Of a stretch of 60,262 nucleotides of DNA, positions 1 through 11,400 are shown one piece after another. The notes under the pieces were generated by a model, which was not told the DNA's origin, made no database searches, and saw only the letters and a list, made by a program, of their open reading frames with translations. Origin of the DNA: a virus (Duplodnaviria > Caudoviricetes); the IMG/VR virus record IMGVR_UViG_3300044825_002252, positions 1-60,262 of that record; one strand, given 5' to 3'. How positions within the stretch are numbered: the stretch's first letter is position 1; each line of letters begins with the position of its first letter. The position numbers and the translations under genes are program-made.

Positions 1-2
1 GT

Positions 3-3000
3 TTAGATGATAAAATATTTAAATTTAGATATGTAATACCAAAAGATTCTTTAGTAAGTGGAAGACCACCACTAGATGGTTTTATTATACAAGAATCAAG
101 TAGTAATATTGGTTCAAATTTTGAATTATCTTCTCAATTTGATTTTGATACAAATACACTAACTAGATCTGATAATCTTAAAAATATAAAAGTTATTTCT
201 GGTGCAACATACTCTGGTGGAGTAGTAACTATCACATCAGAAACTCCACACAATTTATCAGTTGGTTCACAAGTTAATATTCAACAAATTTCTTCTTCTG
301 ATAATACATCGGCACAATATAATGTTGGATATAACGGATTATACATAGTTACTTCAATTTTAAGCTCAACTAAGTTTACGTATAATACAACAAAAACTCC
401 AGGAACATTTCTAAACAATATCTCATCTAGGACTACATCTCTTCCATATTTGACTCGAAAAAGATATAAAGAAACATATATCGTTTATAGAACACAAGAA
501 ATTCAATCCTATGTCAGAGATCAACAGGATGGAATTTATCATATCATAGCAATTAATGCATCAAATTCACCACGAGTGAGTGAGTTTTCGCACCTAAAAT
601 TATCTCAACCGATTCAATATCTATATCCACAAGAGAATAGAGATAATCCAGTATCAGACCCTCAATCAACTATATCATATGCTTTACCAGATCCAATAGG
701 GCAAGTGGTGATAGATGATCCACAAAACAGTTTAACAAAAGAAACTTTTGAAAAATTTGTAAATGATCATAGAGTAGGATTTGGTATTACTAACATTATA
801 TCGTCCACAGGAACATCACACGTAATCCATACTGATATTGATCATGGCTTGAATGGTATATCTAGATTAAGTATTGTCCCTGGTAGTGCCGGACTTGCAT
901 ATGGAAATATTTCTGGAATTAGTGCAGATTTATATAATGCTAATTTAGTCGGATTTGCTGGATCTACAGTTGGGGAAGCTGCAACTGCAGTCATTAGAAT
1001 TGACGCAAGTGGTCAAATTACAGACATAAAAGTAATTAATCCAGGTAGTGCATATGGAGTAGGCAACACATTATCAGTTGTAGGCGTCGCAACAACAACA
1101 GGTCACGTAGCTGCTACCGTTAGAGTCGAATCTGTTATTAATTCTATAGATGATGTAATAAGTGTTGACAATATTAAACACGATGATTTAATAGAATATA
1201 ATAATCTTTATAGAGTTACAGGAATCACAAGTAGTAGATCTATTGTTGTTTCTTCTGCTTCAAGTATTTCGAATAGACCACTTAGTGGAATATCTACAGT
1301 TATATCAACATCAAGTATAATTTCACAATTAGGACCAAAAGCCTTATTTGTATCGGAATTAACTCACCCTGTAAATTCAGAAGTTGGTATAATAACGACC
1401 ACAACAGCACATGGTTTAAAAATAAACTCAAAGGTAAAAATATCCGGTGCAACACAATCTCAGTATAATAAAGATTTTATTGTTAAAAAAATTAATAGTT
1501 TGACCTCATTTGATTTGACTCTCGGATTTACAACTACTTCCAATACAGTAGAGTCTTCTCTTTATGTATATCCATATACTTATTCATCTAACTTTGGATC
1601 AATATCAATTTCCGATGAAAAAACTACATCTAGATTGATTCCACCATTTGCTGGAATTACTACAACAATTTCAGCAAATGTAACTTCTTTAGATTCTACT
1701 ATTACAATTCCAAATGCGATTGATACTGGATTGAAAATTGGTGATTTCATTTCAATCGATAATGAGATATTTAAAATTTCCGAGACTGTAGCATCAAATG
1801 TGATTTCAGTAATTCGAGGTGTTCTAGGAACTATTGTTGAATCACATGTATCTGGATCAATTGTAAGAAAAATATCTCCAATTCCAATTGAATTGAGAAG
1901 GCACTCAATTTTAAGAGCATCTGGCCACACATTTGAATATGTTGGCTTTGGTCCAGGAAATTATTCTACTGCACTACCAGAATCTCAAGATAGATTAATT
2001 TCACCACAAGAAGAATTATTCTCACAATCGTTTAAATCTGATGGTGGAATTAATGTATTCACTGGAATGAATAATGATGGTGATTTTTATATTGGAAATA
2101 AAAAAGTAAGTTCTTCAACTGGACAGGAAGAAGTATATGATTCACCTATCCCAACTGTAACTGGTGAAGATTTTGAAATTGGTAGAGCTGATGTCATCAA
2201 TCCACTTGAAATAAATGTAACCAAATCTATCAAAGTTGAAGGTGGTACATCAAAAGATATAATTTCAAAATTTGATGGTCCAGTAGTATTCAATAATAAA
2301 ATTACTTCTACTTCCGACAAAGGAGTCGAAGCAAACTCTATATTTATACAAGGAACTGCAAATGTATCTAGAAAACTAAGTGTTGGCATTTCTACCCCAA
2401 CACTTATTGGAAATGCAGGTGACATAGATTTCAATTCAACTCCAGATAATGGTGGATCGGCAGGTTGGATATTTACCAATCAAAATCAGTGGAGAGAATT
2501 TGCTCCAGTTAAAGATTTAAATGGAAGATATGTTGGAGTATGGAGTGGTACATTTTATGGTGATGGATCTAATCTGTCTGGACTAGAATCAACATGGATT
2601 GTCCAACCTAGTGTTGGAATATATACTGGTAGTAATGTTGGTATTGGAATTACAGCCACATCAAAAGCAAAGTTACGTGTAAATGGAATCGTAAATGTAA
2701 CTGAAATTATTGAAAAAGCTACCATTGTTACCACTAATTGGCCCAATTTAGTTCCTTCCATAACTCCAATCGATATTTACGTCGGAGATAATAATGTATA
2801 CTATTACACAACTCCGTCTTCTGCGAATTGGACCATAAACTTTACTGGTGGCCCAAGTACTTCTTTGGGCAGTGTATTGGAAGTTGGTGAATCAATTACT
2901 GTTGCATTTATAGCAACTATAGGTACTATTGGTAGATATAATAATGCAATCACAATTGATGGAGGAGCATTTACTAATGTTTATTATTATGGTGGATCGG

Positions 3001-3125
3001 CATATACTTCAGGTACTCCAAATGCAATTGATGTATATACATATGTGATCATTAGAAAATCTACATCTGGTACTATAAATGACCAATTTACAATATTAGC
3101 ATCTCAATCAACTTACGGTATATAA
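3..3125 (+). CDS. C-terminal part of a large T4-like cyanophage virion structural/baseplate-fibre protein (5' end lies upstream of the window)
   Basis: The frame of ORF 450..3125 reads open from base 3 (LDDKIFKFRYVIPKDSLVSGRPPLDGFIIQESS...). Contains RRHSILRASGHTFEYVGFGPGNYSTALP, typical of cyanophage structural proteins; S/T/G/I-rich. Confidence 0.75.
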   Translation, partial: LDDKIFKFRYVIPKDSLVSGRPPLDGFIIQESSSNIGSNFELSSQFDFDTNTLTRSDNLKNIKVISGATYSGGVVTITSETPHNLSVGSQVNIQQISSSDNTSAQYNVGYNGLYIVTSILSSTKFTYNTTKTPGTFLNNISSRTTSLPYLTRKRYKETYIVYRTQEIQSYVRDQQDGIYHIIAINASNSPRVSEFSHLKLSQPIQYLYPQENRDNPVSDPQSTISYALPDPIGQVVIDDPQNSLTKETFEKFVNDHRVGFGITNIISSTGTSHVIHTDIDHGLNGISRLSIVPGSAGLAYGNISGISADLYNANLVGFAGSTVGEAATAVIRIDASGQITDIKVINPGSAYGVGNTLSVVGVATTTGHVAATVRVESVINSIDDVISVDNIKHDDLIEYNNLYRVTGITSSRSIVVSSASSISNRPLSGISTVISTSSIISQLGPKALFVSELTHPVNSEVGIITTTTAHGLKINSKVKISGATQSQYNKDFIVKKINSLTSFDLTLGFTTTSNTVESSLYVYPYTYSSNFGSISISDEKTTSRLIPPFAGITTTISANVTSLDSTITIPNAIDTGLKIGDFISIDNEIFKISETVASNVISVIRGVLGTIVESHVSGSIVRKISPIPIELRRHSILRASGHTFEYVGFGPGNYSTALPESQDRLISPQEELFSQSFKSDGGINVFTGMNNDGDFYIGNKKVSSSTGQEEVYDSPIPTVTGEDFEIGRADVINPLEINVTKSIKVEGGTSKDIISKFDGPVVFNNKITSTSDKGVEANSIFIQGTANVSRKLSVGISTPTLIGNAGDIDFNSTPDNGGSAGWIFTNQNQWREFAPVKDLNGRYVGVWSGTFYGDGSNLSGLESTWIVQPSVGIYTGSNVGIGITATSKAKLRVNGIVNVTEIIEKATIVTTNWPNLVPSITPIDIYVGDNNVYYYTTPSSANWTINFTGGPSTSLGSVLEVGESITVAFIATIGTIGRYNNAITIDGGAFTNVYYYGGSAYTSGTPNAIDVYTYVIIRKSTSGTINDQFTILASQSTYGI

Positions 3126-3128
3126 GAT

Positions 3129-5216
3129 ATGCCAATTATAGGAGCCATAGGAAATGCATCTGAGTATGCATATCGTTCAAATTTAATTGATTTTCCAGAT
3201 CCATTTGATTTTACAGATTTATCTAATGTAGAACCTGGAGTAACATATTATAGTGAATATGTTAAAATTACTGGAATTAAAAGTAAACTAAAAGTTGAGA
3301 TTGATCCAGGTACATCATATTCAATTTTTGCTAGTGTATTTGATAATTCAAGTAGATCATCTCTTGCATTCGATAATGATAACACATCGAATGCAAATTT
3401 TTCACAAGATTTGGCACCTAGTCTTAGATATACATCGGGTGAATCTTATATTTCAAATAATCAATCAATAATACTTTCTAGGCAAATCCCATCTGTTCCT
3501 ACTTTACCTAGTGCTTCACTTGATAGTAGTTTAATTACTTTTGATGAATATAATCCTAGATTTAGTCAACAGATATTACCTTCATCTACTCTTCCTACAG
3601 TTTTTGGTCAAACTTATACTTCTACTGTTTCTATAGGAAAATCAACACAAGATTGGGTACTTAAAGTTAGAGATATAGATTCAACTGTAAATAACTTTAG
3701 CTTCAATTCTTTATCCAATGTTTTTGCTGGAATTGCGGTCACTTCTAATGAAATTACTATATCTGGACTTGAAAAAAATTATCTGTTCCCAAGTCAAGTA
3801 TCAACAAGCAATGCAAGAATAATAGTTGATAATGTAGCTTTTCCTGTTGGTGTTTCTACATTACTTCAAAATGGAAATTTGGTTAGATTGGATACAAATT
3901 CATCAACAAGTTATAGTACAGCAAAATCTGTTAATCTGGATGTTTCTGGATTTAGTACTAGTTGGAACGTTACGACTGAACCATTAGATCTAACTCCTAC
4001 ATTTACTTTTTATGATTTAGGACTTTTAAATCCATCAAAAACTCAATTTTCTCCAATCACTAATGCAGCCCTGACTGCACTTTACAGTACAGCTGTTTCA
4101 GGAAATTTTCAAAGGTTTGATATTAGCGGACTGAATGTCGGTTTATCAACAAATATAACATTCACAAATGGAGCTGAATATCAAGTTATAAGACCAGGTA
4201 CTACTGCAGGTACTGCCTTGGAGTCAGCATCTACTGTAAAAAATTTCACTGATCCACCAATACTTGTACAAAATGGTGATGGAATTAGAATTCGATTGAC
4301 CTCATCTGCGAATTATAGTACAACAGTCACAACTTCAGTTACAGTTGGTACAGTTACACGGCAAGTTTGGTCAATTCAAACACAAGCTGACCCTGGTACT
4401 GGTACTGGTGGTCCAATCACACCAGACCCACCACCACCTACTATACCAACAAACACTATTAGTAGATATTATAATAGTACTATAACAGATCATTTTTATG
4501 GATTTGGTTCTGCAATATCTGGAACTGTGCAAGTTAATCAAGCAAGTTCAACATCTGCACTTGCATACAATACAAATGCAGCATGTTTTATTGGAGATGA
4601 AAATAATGGAAATGACGCCTTTGTCAATTTTGGTAATGATCCCACTTATGGTGGAAATTATTACCTTATAAGACCAGTAATAATATATAATGTCATATCA
4701 AGTGCACTTGTATCAAATCGTAATGCAAATGATGTAACCGATATCTCCGATTTGGGACTTACAGATATAGGTTTTACACAAAGACCAAATGGACTATTTT
4801 ATAATAGATACATACAAAGATTTAGAAATCTTACCAATAATTTACAATCATTAGCGAGGTCATGGCGCTTTACTTACTCTCTTAATGGATATGGGCTAGA
4901 ATCGAGTAATTTTTTCAGATGCTATCAATCAAACCCTGGTGGTGGAGCACAACAATTGTATCTATTATATTCTCATGCCAACCAAGATCATTTATTGAGT
5001 TTATCGAATGCTGAAGGAAGCCCAAGTTACAGTTTAGTTCAATCTTTGGGATGGGTGTACCCAGGAACAGGAGCTCAACCATCTGGAACTAGACCTTTAT
5101 ATAGACTATACATATCAGCTGATGTCAATCACTTCTACACAACTTCAGATGTTGAAAGAGCTAATGTTATTGCGGCAGGTGCAATAAATGAGGGGAGAAT
5201 TGCATGGGTTCTTTGA
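3129..5216 (+). CDS. Putative virion protein: Ig-like repeats, Pro-rich linker, C-terminal DUF5648-like domain with an insertion
   Basis: Repeated 'F.F..L.NV..G....S..I.ISGL' units; linker GTGTGGPITPDPPPPTIP; DUF5648-type motifs RYYNSTITDHFY, LYLLYSHANQDHLL and PLYRLYISADVNHFYTTSDVER..EGRIAWV. Confidence 0.6.
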   Translation: MPIIGAIGNASEYAYRSNLIDFPDPFDFTDLSNVEPGVTYYSEYVKITGIKSKLKVEIDPGTSYSIFASVFDNSSRSSLAFDNDNTSNANFSQDLAPSLRYTSGESYISNNQSIILSRQIPSVPTLPSASLDSSLITFDEYNPRFSQQILPSSTLPTVFGQTYTSTVSIGKSTQDWVLKVRDIDSTVNNFSFNSLSNVFAGIAVTSNEITISGLEKNYLFPSQVSTSNARIIVDNVAFPVGVSTLLQNGNLVRLDTNSSTSYSTAKSVNLDVSGFSTSWNVTTEPLDLTPTFTFYDLGLLNPSKTQFSPITNAALTALYSTAVSGNFQRFDISGLNVGLSTNITFTNGAEYQVIRPGTTAGTALESASTVKNFTDPPILVQNGDGIRIRLTSSANYSTTVTTSVTVGTVTRQVWSIQTQADPGTGTGGPITPDPPPPTIPTNTISRYYNSTITDHFYGFGSAISGTVQVNQASSTSALAYNTNAACFIGDENNGNDAFVNFGNDPTYGGNYYLIRPVIIYNVISSALVSNRNANDVTDISDLGLTDIGFTQRPNGLFYNRYIQRFRNLTNNLQSLARSWRFTYSLNGYGLESSNFFRCYQSNPGGGAQQLYLLYSHANQDHLLSLSNAEGSPSYSLVQSLGWVYPGTGAQPSGTRPLYRLYISADVNHFYTTSDVERANVIAAGAINEGRIAWVL

Positions 5217-5220
5217 TGTA

Positions 5221-5227
5221 ATAAATA
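5221..5227 (+). promoter_or_regulatory. T4-like (gp55-type) late promoter motif ATAAATA
   Basis: ATAAATA in the intergenic gap, followed by an AAGGAG RBS before ATG 5265. Confidence 0.6.
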
Positions 5228-5264
5228 ATAAAAAAAGGGGATAGTGAACCTTTAAGGAGAAAAA

Positions 5265-6458
5265 ATGGCTTTAAGTAAGAATTTCGTCATAAGAAATGGA
5301 CTTGAAGTTTCCAACGATTTAATTTATGCTGATGCTAGTTTAGATCATGTTGGAATCGGAACTACAACACCTCTATATCACTTAGATACAATTGGTGATA
5401 TAGCTTTAACTAATCGTCTTTTAGTTGGAGTAAATAGTTCACCAACAGTTAAAATAACTACAGGAATTGCATCCGCTGCCTCACCAGGTGTAATCAGTGG
5501 AATAAATACGTCTTCAATAAGAATTAACGATACATTAACAGAAAGTCTTAATACGTATTTTTCACCTGGAACTAGAATAGTATCAATAGGAGCATCAATA
5601 TTAAATTTAAATGTAGCTCATTTAAATGGAATAGGATCAACTACTCTTAATATCACTGTTAGTCGTAGAGTGACTTCAGGTGATAAGGATAACATATTAG
5701 TTTCAAATGGAGCTAACATTGGTCCAGAATGGAAAAGAATCGATGAATTTATTGCAATTGGAGTTACTCAAAGTAATGATAACATAAACTATAATGTAAT
5801 TTTTACTGGTAATCCAGGTGATATAGAGACGAAGCTTAGAGTCGATAATAATGGATTAATTTATAATCCTTCACTTAATAGACTTGGTATTGGGACAAGT
5901 GCCCCATCGGTAAGTTTAGATGTAGTTGGAAATACAAAAGTTTCGGGTATAGTCACGACAAATACACTTTTAGTTACTACTGCATCTACTCTTGCTAGTG
6001 CAAATGCAACTTCTTTAACTGTAACTCCTGGAGACACAAATCTAGAAGATGTTTTTGCGGAAGACATAGAAGCAACATCATTTAGAATAGGTTCTCCGCC
6101 ATCTCTCACTGATTTTCAAATTGATAATTATAATTTTTATAGACAATCTTCTTCCTTTTCGGCAACAGTCGGAGTTGCTGTAACAGTAGATTCATATAAT
6201 ATATCAGCTTCAAACTTTAAAGTAGCAGAATATACTTTCTTCATTCAAAATGGAGCAAATATACAAGCACAAAAAGTTCTTTTGATGCAGAATGGCACTA
6301 CTGCATTCACTGAAGAATATGCAATCATGTATAATCCAAATATTATAGTTTCAATTGGATCCACGATATCTGGATCTACTTGCAGTCTATTAGCCACACC
6401 TGTTACGGGAACCGTTGGTATAGTAACTTATATGTTTACAAGAAATAGCTTGAGATAA
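5265..6458 (+). CDS. Tail fibre/baseplate-associated structural protein
   Basis: Starts MALSKNFVIRNGLEV; contains VGIGTTTP and NPSLNRLGIGTSAP fibre motifs; AAGGAG RBS. Confidence 0.65.
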   Translation: MALSKNFVIRNGLEVSNDLIYADASLDHVGIGTTTPLYHLDTIGDIALTNRLLVGVNSSPTVKITTGIASAASPGVISGINTSSIRINDTLTESLNTYFSPGTRIVSIGASILNLNVAHLNGIGSTTLNITVSRRVTSGDKDNILVSNGANIGPEWKRIDEFIAIGVTQSNDNINYNVIFTGNPGDIETKLRVDNNGLIYNPSLNRLGIGTSAPSVSLDVVGNTKVSGIVTTNTLLVTTASTLASANATSLTVTPGDTNLEDVFAEDIEATSFRIGSPPSLTDFQIDNYNFYRQSSSFSATVGVAVTVDSYNISASNFKVAEYTFFIQNGANIQAQKVLLMQNGTTAFTEEYAIMYNPNIIVSIGSTISGSTCSLLATPVTGTVGIVTYMFTRNSLR

Positions 6459-6459
6459 T

Positions 6460-8463
6460 ATGGAATATAAACACTATACTCTAAGTGTAACTGATCCTGA
6501 ATATTGGCAAGAAATTCATGATTTATTATGTGACGAGTCTGATTGTGATTATATTCCAAATCGATGTGTAGAATGCACTGACCCAAAACATCATAGTCCA
6601 ACAAGAGGTACTTTCTTGCTCACTGAAAGTGAAGTACAAGAACTTACTAATCACCCAAAAATCAGTTGGATTGAATTGTCTATGATTGATTATCCAAATC
6701 AATATCCACAACCAGAACATTGTTTGCCTAGATGGCCAACTAATGTAAAAATCTACAGAGATTTGGACTTGAATCGTCCTCCGACCTCACCTACATCTGC
6801 AGATTTAAATCGAACTAATTGGGCACTAAAAAGAACCACGTTGAAAAAAAATTCTGATTTTTGGAATACTATAACTGGGGAATTCGTTCCTCCAGTAAAT
6901 GACAATATAAATTATACTATGATGGGAAATAATGTAGATATTGTCATACATGACTCAGGTATTTTGCAGTATCACCCAGAATTTATGGACGTTACTGGAA
7001 AATCTAGAGTTAGAGATATAGTTCTAGATGGACCATATTATATTGATCCAGCTCATTTCAATTTAATTGGAGCCACAGTATTAAAACCAGATGGAAGAAT
7101 AGGAATAACTAGAACTTCTGCAATAAATTGGTGGCAAAATGCAGCGAGTAGATCTTCATCTTTTTCTGCTATAGGGACATTTATTATACCGTCATTATAT
7201 ACAGAAGAAAATACTCTTGGGACTAATTTGAATGGAACAAATGGAATGACAGATTCTCATGGTACCGCATGTGCATCTCTTTCTGCTGGAAAAAATTTTG
7301 GAACTGCTTTTGCTGCCAACATTTGGAGTATTTTTGGTCCAACTCAAAATCCTAAATTTATTATGCCCATTGAATTGGCGTATGATTTGATGAAAATTTT
7401 TCATTTATATAAGCCAACAAATCCGTCAACTGGAGTTAAAAATCCAACTATCATTAATGCAAGTTATGCCTATGTTGGTGGATTTACTGCAACTGATACT
7501 ATAAGTTATAGATTCAAAAATCAAACTGGTACTTTCACTGGAAATGCTCCAGCGACTGATCCAACATCTCCAGTATTATATGCAAAAGAATCTTTAACTA
7601 ACAATTTATTGGCAACAAATTATGGTGCATATAGAACATTCAATACTGAATCTTCTAGTTCCAGTGTTGTGACATCAGGAGAAGAACTTATGAATTCTGG
7701 TGTTATATTTGTGTCGGCTGCTGGAAATCAAAATCAAAGAGTGGGAGTTGGATCTGATGATCCACATAGATTAGATTATTATGAAGATTCTATCTTTGGC
7801 ATTTATAGAAACAATCCAAATTTTCCAGCAGGATGTGCACCAAGTGGACACAGAGATTGGTTACTTCCATGTGGACTTGGATTTGATTCGGTTAATGATT
7901 TTCATCCCGTAATAAATGTTGGTGCTATGGATGAGTTTATTAATGGAGATTACTCAGAAAGAAAAGCTTTTTATTCAAATAATGGTCCTGGAATAGATGT
8001 TTGGGCACCAGCAGATGAAACTCTCGCTGCTGGAATTTCTGGATTGGATCCATTCCGTAGAGTTGATAATTCTGTATTTTTTGATCGTTTATTTAATGGC
8101 ACTAGTGCTGCTGCTCCTGTTGTAGTCGGAATAATTGCCATATATTTACAATTAAATCCATTAGCTACTTCAGCTCAGGTTAAAAATTGGTTGTCTACAA
8201 TTGGATCACAAACTCTAGTTACTGAATATTTGGATCAATATCCAAATGAATCTGATACATTATATTGGTCTGGTACTTTTAATATGAGAGGTGCACCTAA
8301 AAAAATAGTATATAATCCTTATGAAAATAGTATCACTCCAACACCAACACCACCAGAACCACCAACGCCACCAACACCACTTCCACCAATAGTTGATGAT
8401 GTTAGAGTAAAACTTGTAATATCTGGTGATACTCTTTTGTTAGATGGAATTTCAATAGAATAA
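6460..8463 (+). CDS. Subtilisin-like serine protease (peptidase S8) with N-terminal prodomain-like region
   Basis: Catalytic-triad motifs VDIVIHDSG (Asp), SHGTACAS (His) and FNGTSAAAPVV (Ser); oxyanion motif SAAGN; YSNNGPGIDVWAPA; C-terminal Pro/Thr linker. Confidence 0.9.
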   Translation: MEYKHYTLSVTDPEYWQEIHDLLCDESDCDYIPNRCVECTDPKHHSPTRGTFLLTESEVQELTNHPKISWIELSMIDYPNQYPQPEHCLPRWPTNVKIYRDLDLNRPPTSPTSADLNRTNWALKRTTLKKNSDFWNTITGEFVPPVNDNINYTMMGNNVDIVIHDSGILQYHPEFMDVTGKSRVRDIVLDGPYYIDPAHFNLIGATVLKPDGRIGITRTSAINWWQNAASRSSSFSAIGTFIIPSLYTEENTLGTNLNGTNGMTDSHGTACASLSAGKNFGTAFAANIWSIFGPTQNPKFIMPIELAYDLMKIFHLYKPTNPSTGVKNPTIINASYAYVGGFTATDTISYRFKNQTGTFTGNAPATDPTSPVLYAKESLTNNLLATNYGAYRTFNTESSSSSVVTSGEELMNSGVIFVSAAGNQNQRVGVGSDDPHRLDYYEDSIFGIYRNNPNFPAGCAPSGHRDWLLPCGLGFDSVNDFHPVINVGAMDEFINGDYSERKAFYSNNGPGIDVWAPADETLAAGISGLDPFRRVDNSVFFDRLFNGTSAAAPVVVGIIAIYLQLNPLATSAQVKNWLSTIGSQTLVTEYLDQYPNESDTLYWSGTFNMRGAPKKIVYNPYENSITPTPTPPEPPTPPTPLPPIVDDVRVKLVISGDTLLLDGISIE

Positions 8464-8466
8464 ATA
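8460..8466 (+). promoter_or_regulatory. Late promoter motif ATAAATA
   Basis: Overlaps the S8 stop codon, 17 nt before ATG 8483. Confidence 0.55.
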
Positions 8467-8482
8467 TTTAAAAAAAAGAGAA

Positions 8483-11400
8483 ATGTCAGATAAAAGTTTT
8501 GGCGCAAGAAAAATACATCTGATTGGTGGGGAAGAAGTACCCAACATTACAAGTCAAAACGATTTAGATATCAATGCTGTTAATGTTGCAATTAGCACCA
8601 ATCTTGGAGTAGGAAGTTCAGTAACTGCTCAAACATATTATGGAGATGGCGTAAATTTAGTTGGAATTGTAACTAACTTAGTTCCTGGCATTGGTATTGA
8701 TTTATTTCCATCGCAGACACCTGGTAATAAAGGTCAGGTAAAAGTACAAGCATATAGGCCATTAGGAAAAACCATTTTTGTTACTCAAAATGGAAATGAT
8801 AATAATACTGGATTGACTGAAAGTGATGCAAAGAAAACAATTAAAGCCGCAGCAACGGTAGCTGTATTTGGAGACACTATCAAAGTGTATCCTGGCGTTT
8901 ACGTCGAAGAAAATCCAATTGTACTCAAAAAGACAGTTTCTGTAGAGGGAACAGAACTTAGAAACTGTGTGGTCACACCAAAATATCCATACCTTGATTT
9001 GTTCCATGTCAATAATGGATGTCACATTACTGACATGAGTTTTATTGGACCAAATATGACAGATGGTGCTGCAGTTGTGGCACTTCAACCTCTCCAAGGT
9101 GTTTCAGTAGATAGATATTTCGATGCTGCAAGAATGCTTCGTTTAAATCTTGATTATATTGCAAGAGAATCAGTTGGATTCCTTACCAGTGGATTTAGTG
9201 GTTTTGCTGGGAATCATAGAGAGCAAGATGCGGCAAGGCTGATTGATAAAAATTTAAATTATATTTCCGCAGAAGCAGTTGGTTTCTTAACATCACCAAC
9301 AGGATATAATTTCTCACTTTCTAGTGGAGATTATACAAATTGTAGAGAAGATGTTGTAAGTATAATGGGAGCAGTCTCATATGATTTGAAGGCAAATAGT
9401 AATCGTAAGTCAGTTGGTGCGGCACTCTCATACTTTAATAGTTCTGGTGGATTAATTCATATTACAGGTATTGCAACACAACAAGCAACAATTGCTGCAT
9501 TGGATTATGCAGTTGGAATTGCTAAGTCTGTAATAGACAATGTGTCTCCACCAATATCATATCAATCTGGAATTGGTAGCATTGCACAAGTTAAAGATTT
9601 ATCTGTAATTGCAGTTGCAGGTGGATGCGTTGGAGTTGGAACTACAATTGCTCAACTTGTTGGTATTGTCACACAAGCAATTGGAGCAGCAAGTACAAGT
9701 GGACTACCTTCGATTCGTTTTGGCGTAACACTAGAAAGCAAAGATTGCTCAGATGATGTAAAAGATATTTGGAAATGTGTGATTCATGATATCACAAGAG
9801 GTGGAAATTCTCGCTCAGTTGACGCAGGAAAATCATATTATGACTCAAATTGGAACTTAATTCCACAGATCCTTAAAAATCCGAATGAGGTTAACCAAAC
9901 AGTTGCCACACTAGATTATTCATTCGGTATTGCTCGCTCTGTAATCAATAACTCAACATGGGGAGGATATCCTGTTGGTCTAGGTACAACAGTAACAAAT
10001 GCTGTATATGATAATATAACAGGGGTGACTTCAATCACTGCATTGAATCATGGACTATCATTAGATGATGCAGTAAAAATAGTTGGATTAGGATTTACTT
10101 GTCCTTCTGGTCCAGGTATTGTTACTTACCCATCAGGATCTTTAGGTTACATATTTAATGTATTAAGAGTTGTAGATAGTAATAATTTTGAAGTTATAGT
10201 TGGACAGTCCACTCTTCCACATACTTATGTTTCTGGGGGAAATGTACAAAAATATACTAATTACCAGAATCAAATTTCCCAAGTAAAAGATCTTGGGATG
10301 CAAAAAGATCCATTGACTGGATTTAATAATGGAGTCAATGGTTGTGCCAATGTCGTCTCTGCAATGAGATCTTGTGTTGGAATTGTAACAAATATTGTTG
10401 GATATGGATCAACTGCTTTTACATCAGTAGGCATCAGAACCACATATCCAGGAAATTCTGGAATTGGATTCACGTCCATTCTCGGGATTACTTCAGCAGT
10501 ATATGATGAAGTATCTGGTAAATTGACTGTAATTTCACCAGGGATCAAAGCAATAAAAGGCGAATCGGTAGAAATAAGAAATCTAGCATTCAGCTGCAGT
10601 TCAGGTGGAAGTGGAATATCAACTCAATCATTCCCTTCTGGTAGATATGGATATGACTTCTTTATCGATAAGGTAAATAGCAATGGCTCATTTGAAGTTT
10701 ATGTTGGAGCTTCGACTTTACCCCACACTTATGCTGGAGGTGGATTCGTATTGGATAGAACGGTTGCAATAACAACCGCAACTTATAATCATGTGACTGG
10801 AATTACAACAATTAAAGCAAATGGACTTTCAATTGAAACTGGAGATTTAGTAAAAATTAGAGGATTGCAATTCTCTTGTCCAAGTGGAAGTGGAACTACT
10901 ACAATATATCCAACTGGAAATAATGGTTACGAATTTAGAGTTCTAGATATAGTAGTAGATAAACCATTTAATGTCACAAATGCAGTTTATAGCAATATAA
11001 CTGGAATTGCAACTATAACTGCCCCTGGAATAGCGGTTACATATAATGATCTAGTAGAACTAAGGAATTTAGAATTCAGCTGCCCTAGTAGCCCACCAAA
11101 TCTACTATACCCAACTGGAAATAATGGATATGAATTTAGAGTTCTAAGTTCAATTGGATCTACGTTTACAGTTGATGTTGGTAAGTCAACCATTCCCCAT
11201 ACTTATGTTCCTAGCACTGGTACTGTAATTAATAGAACTAAAACTGCAAATGATACATTTACGATTAATGTTGGACCATCTACAATTCCACATACTTATG
11301 TTTCTGGTGGAATAGCAATTCCTGAATTTTCTAGAGGAGTTGGACCAATTACTCAAGGTCCTTACATTAGAAACTGTACTAATTTCATTGGCGATAGTAT

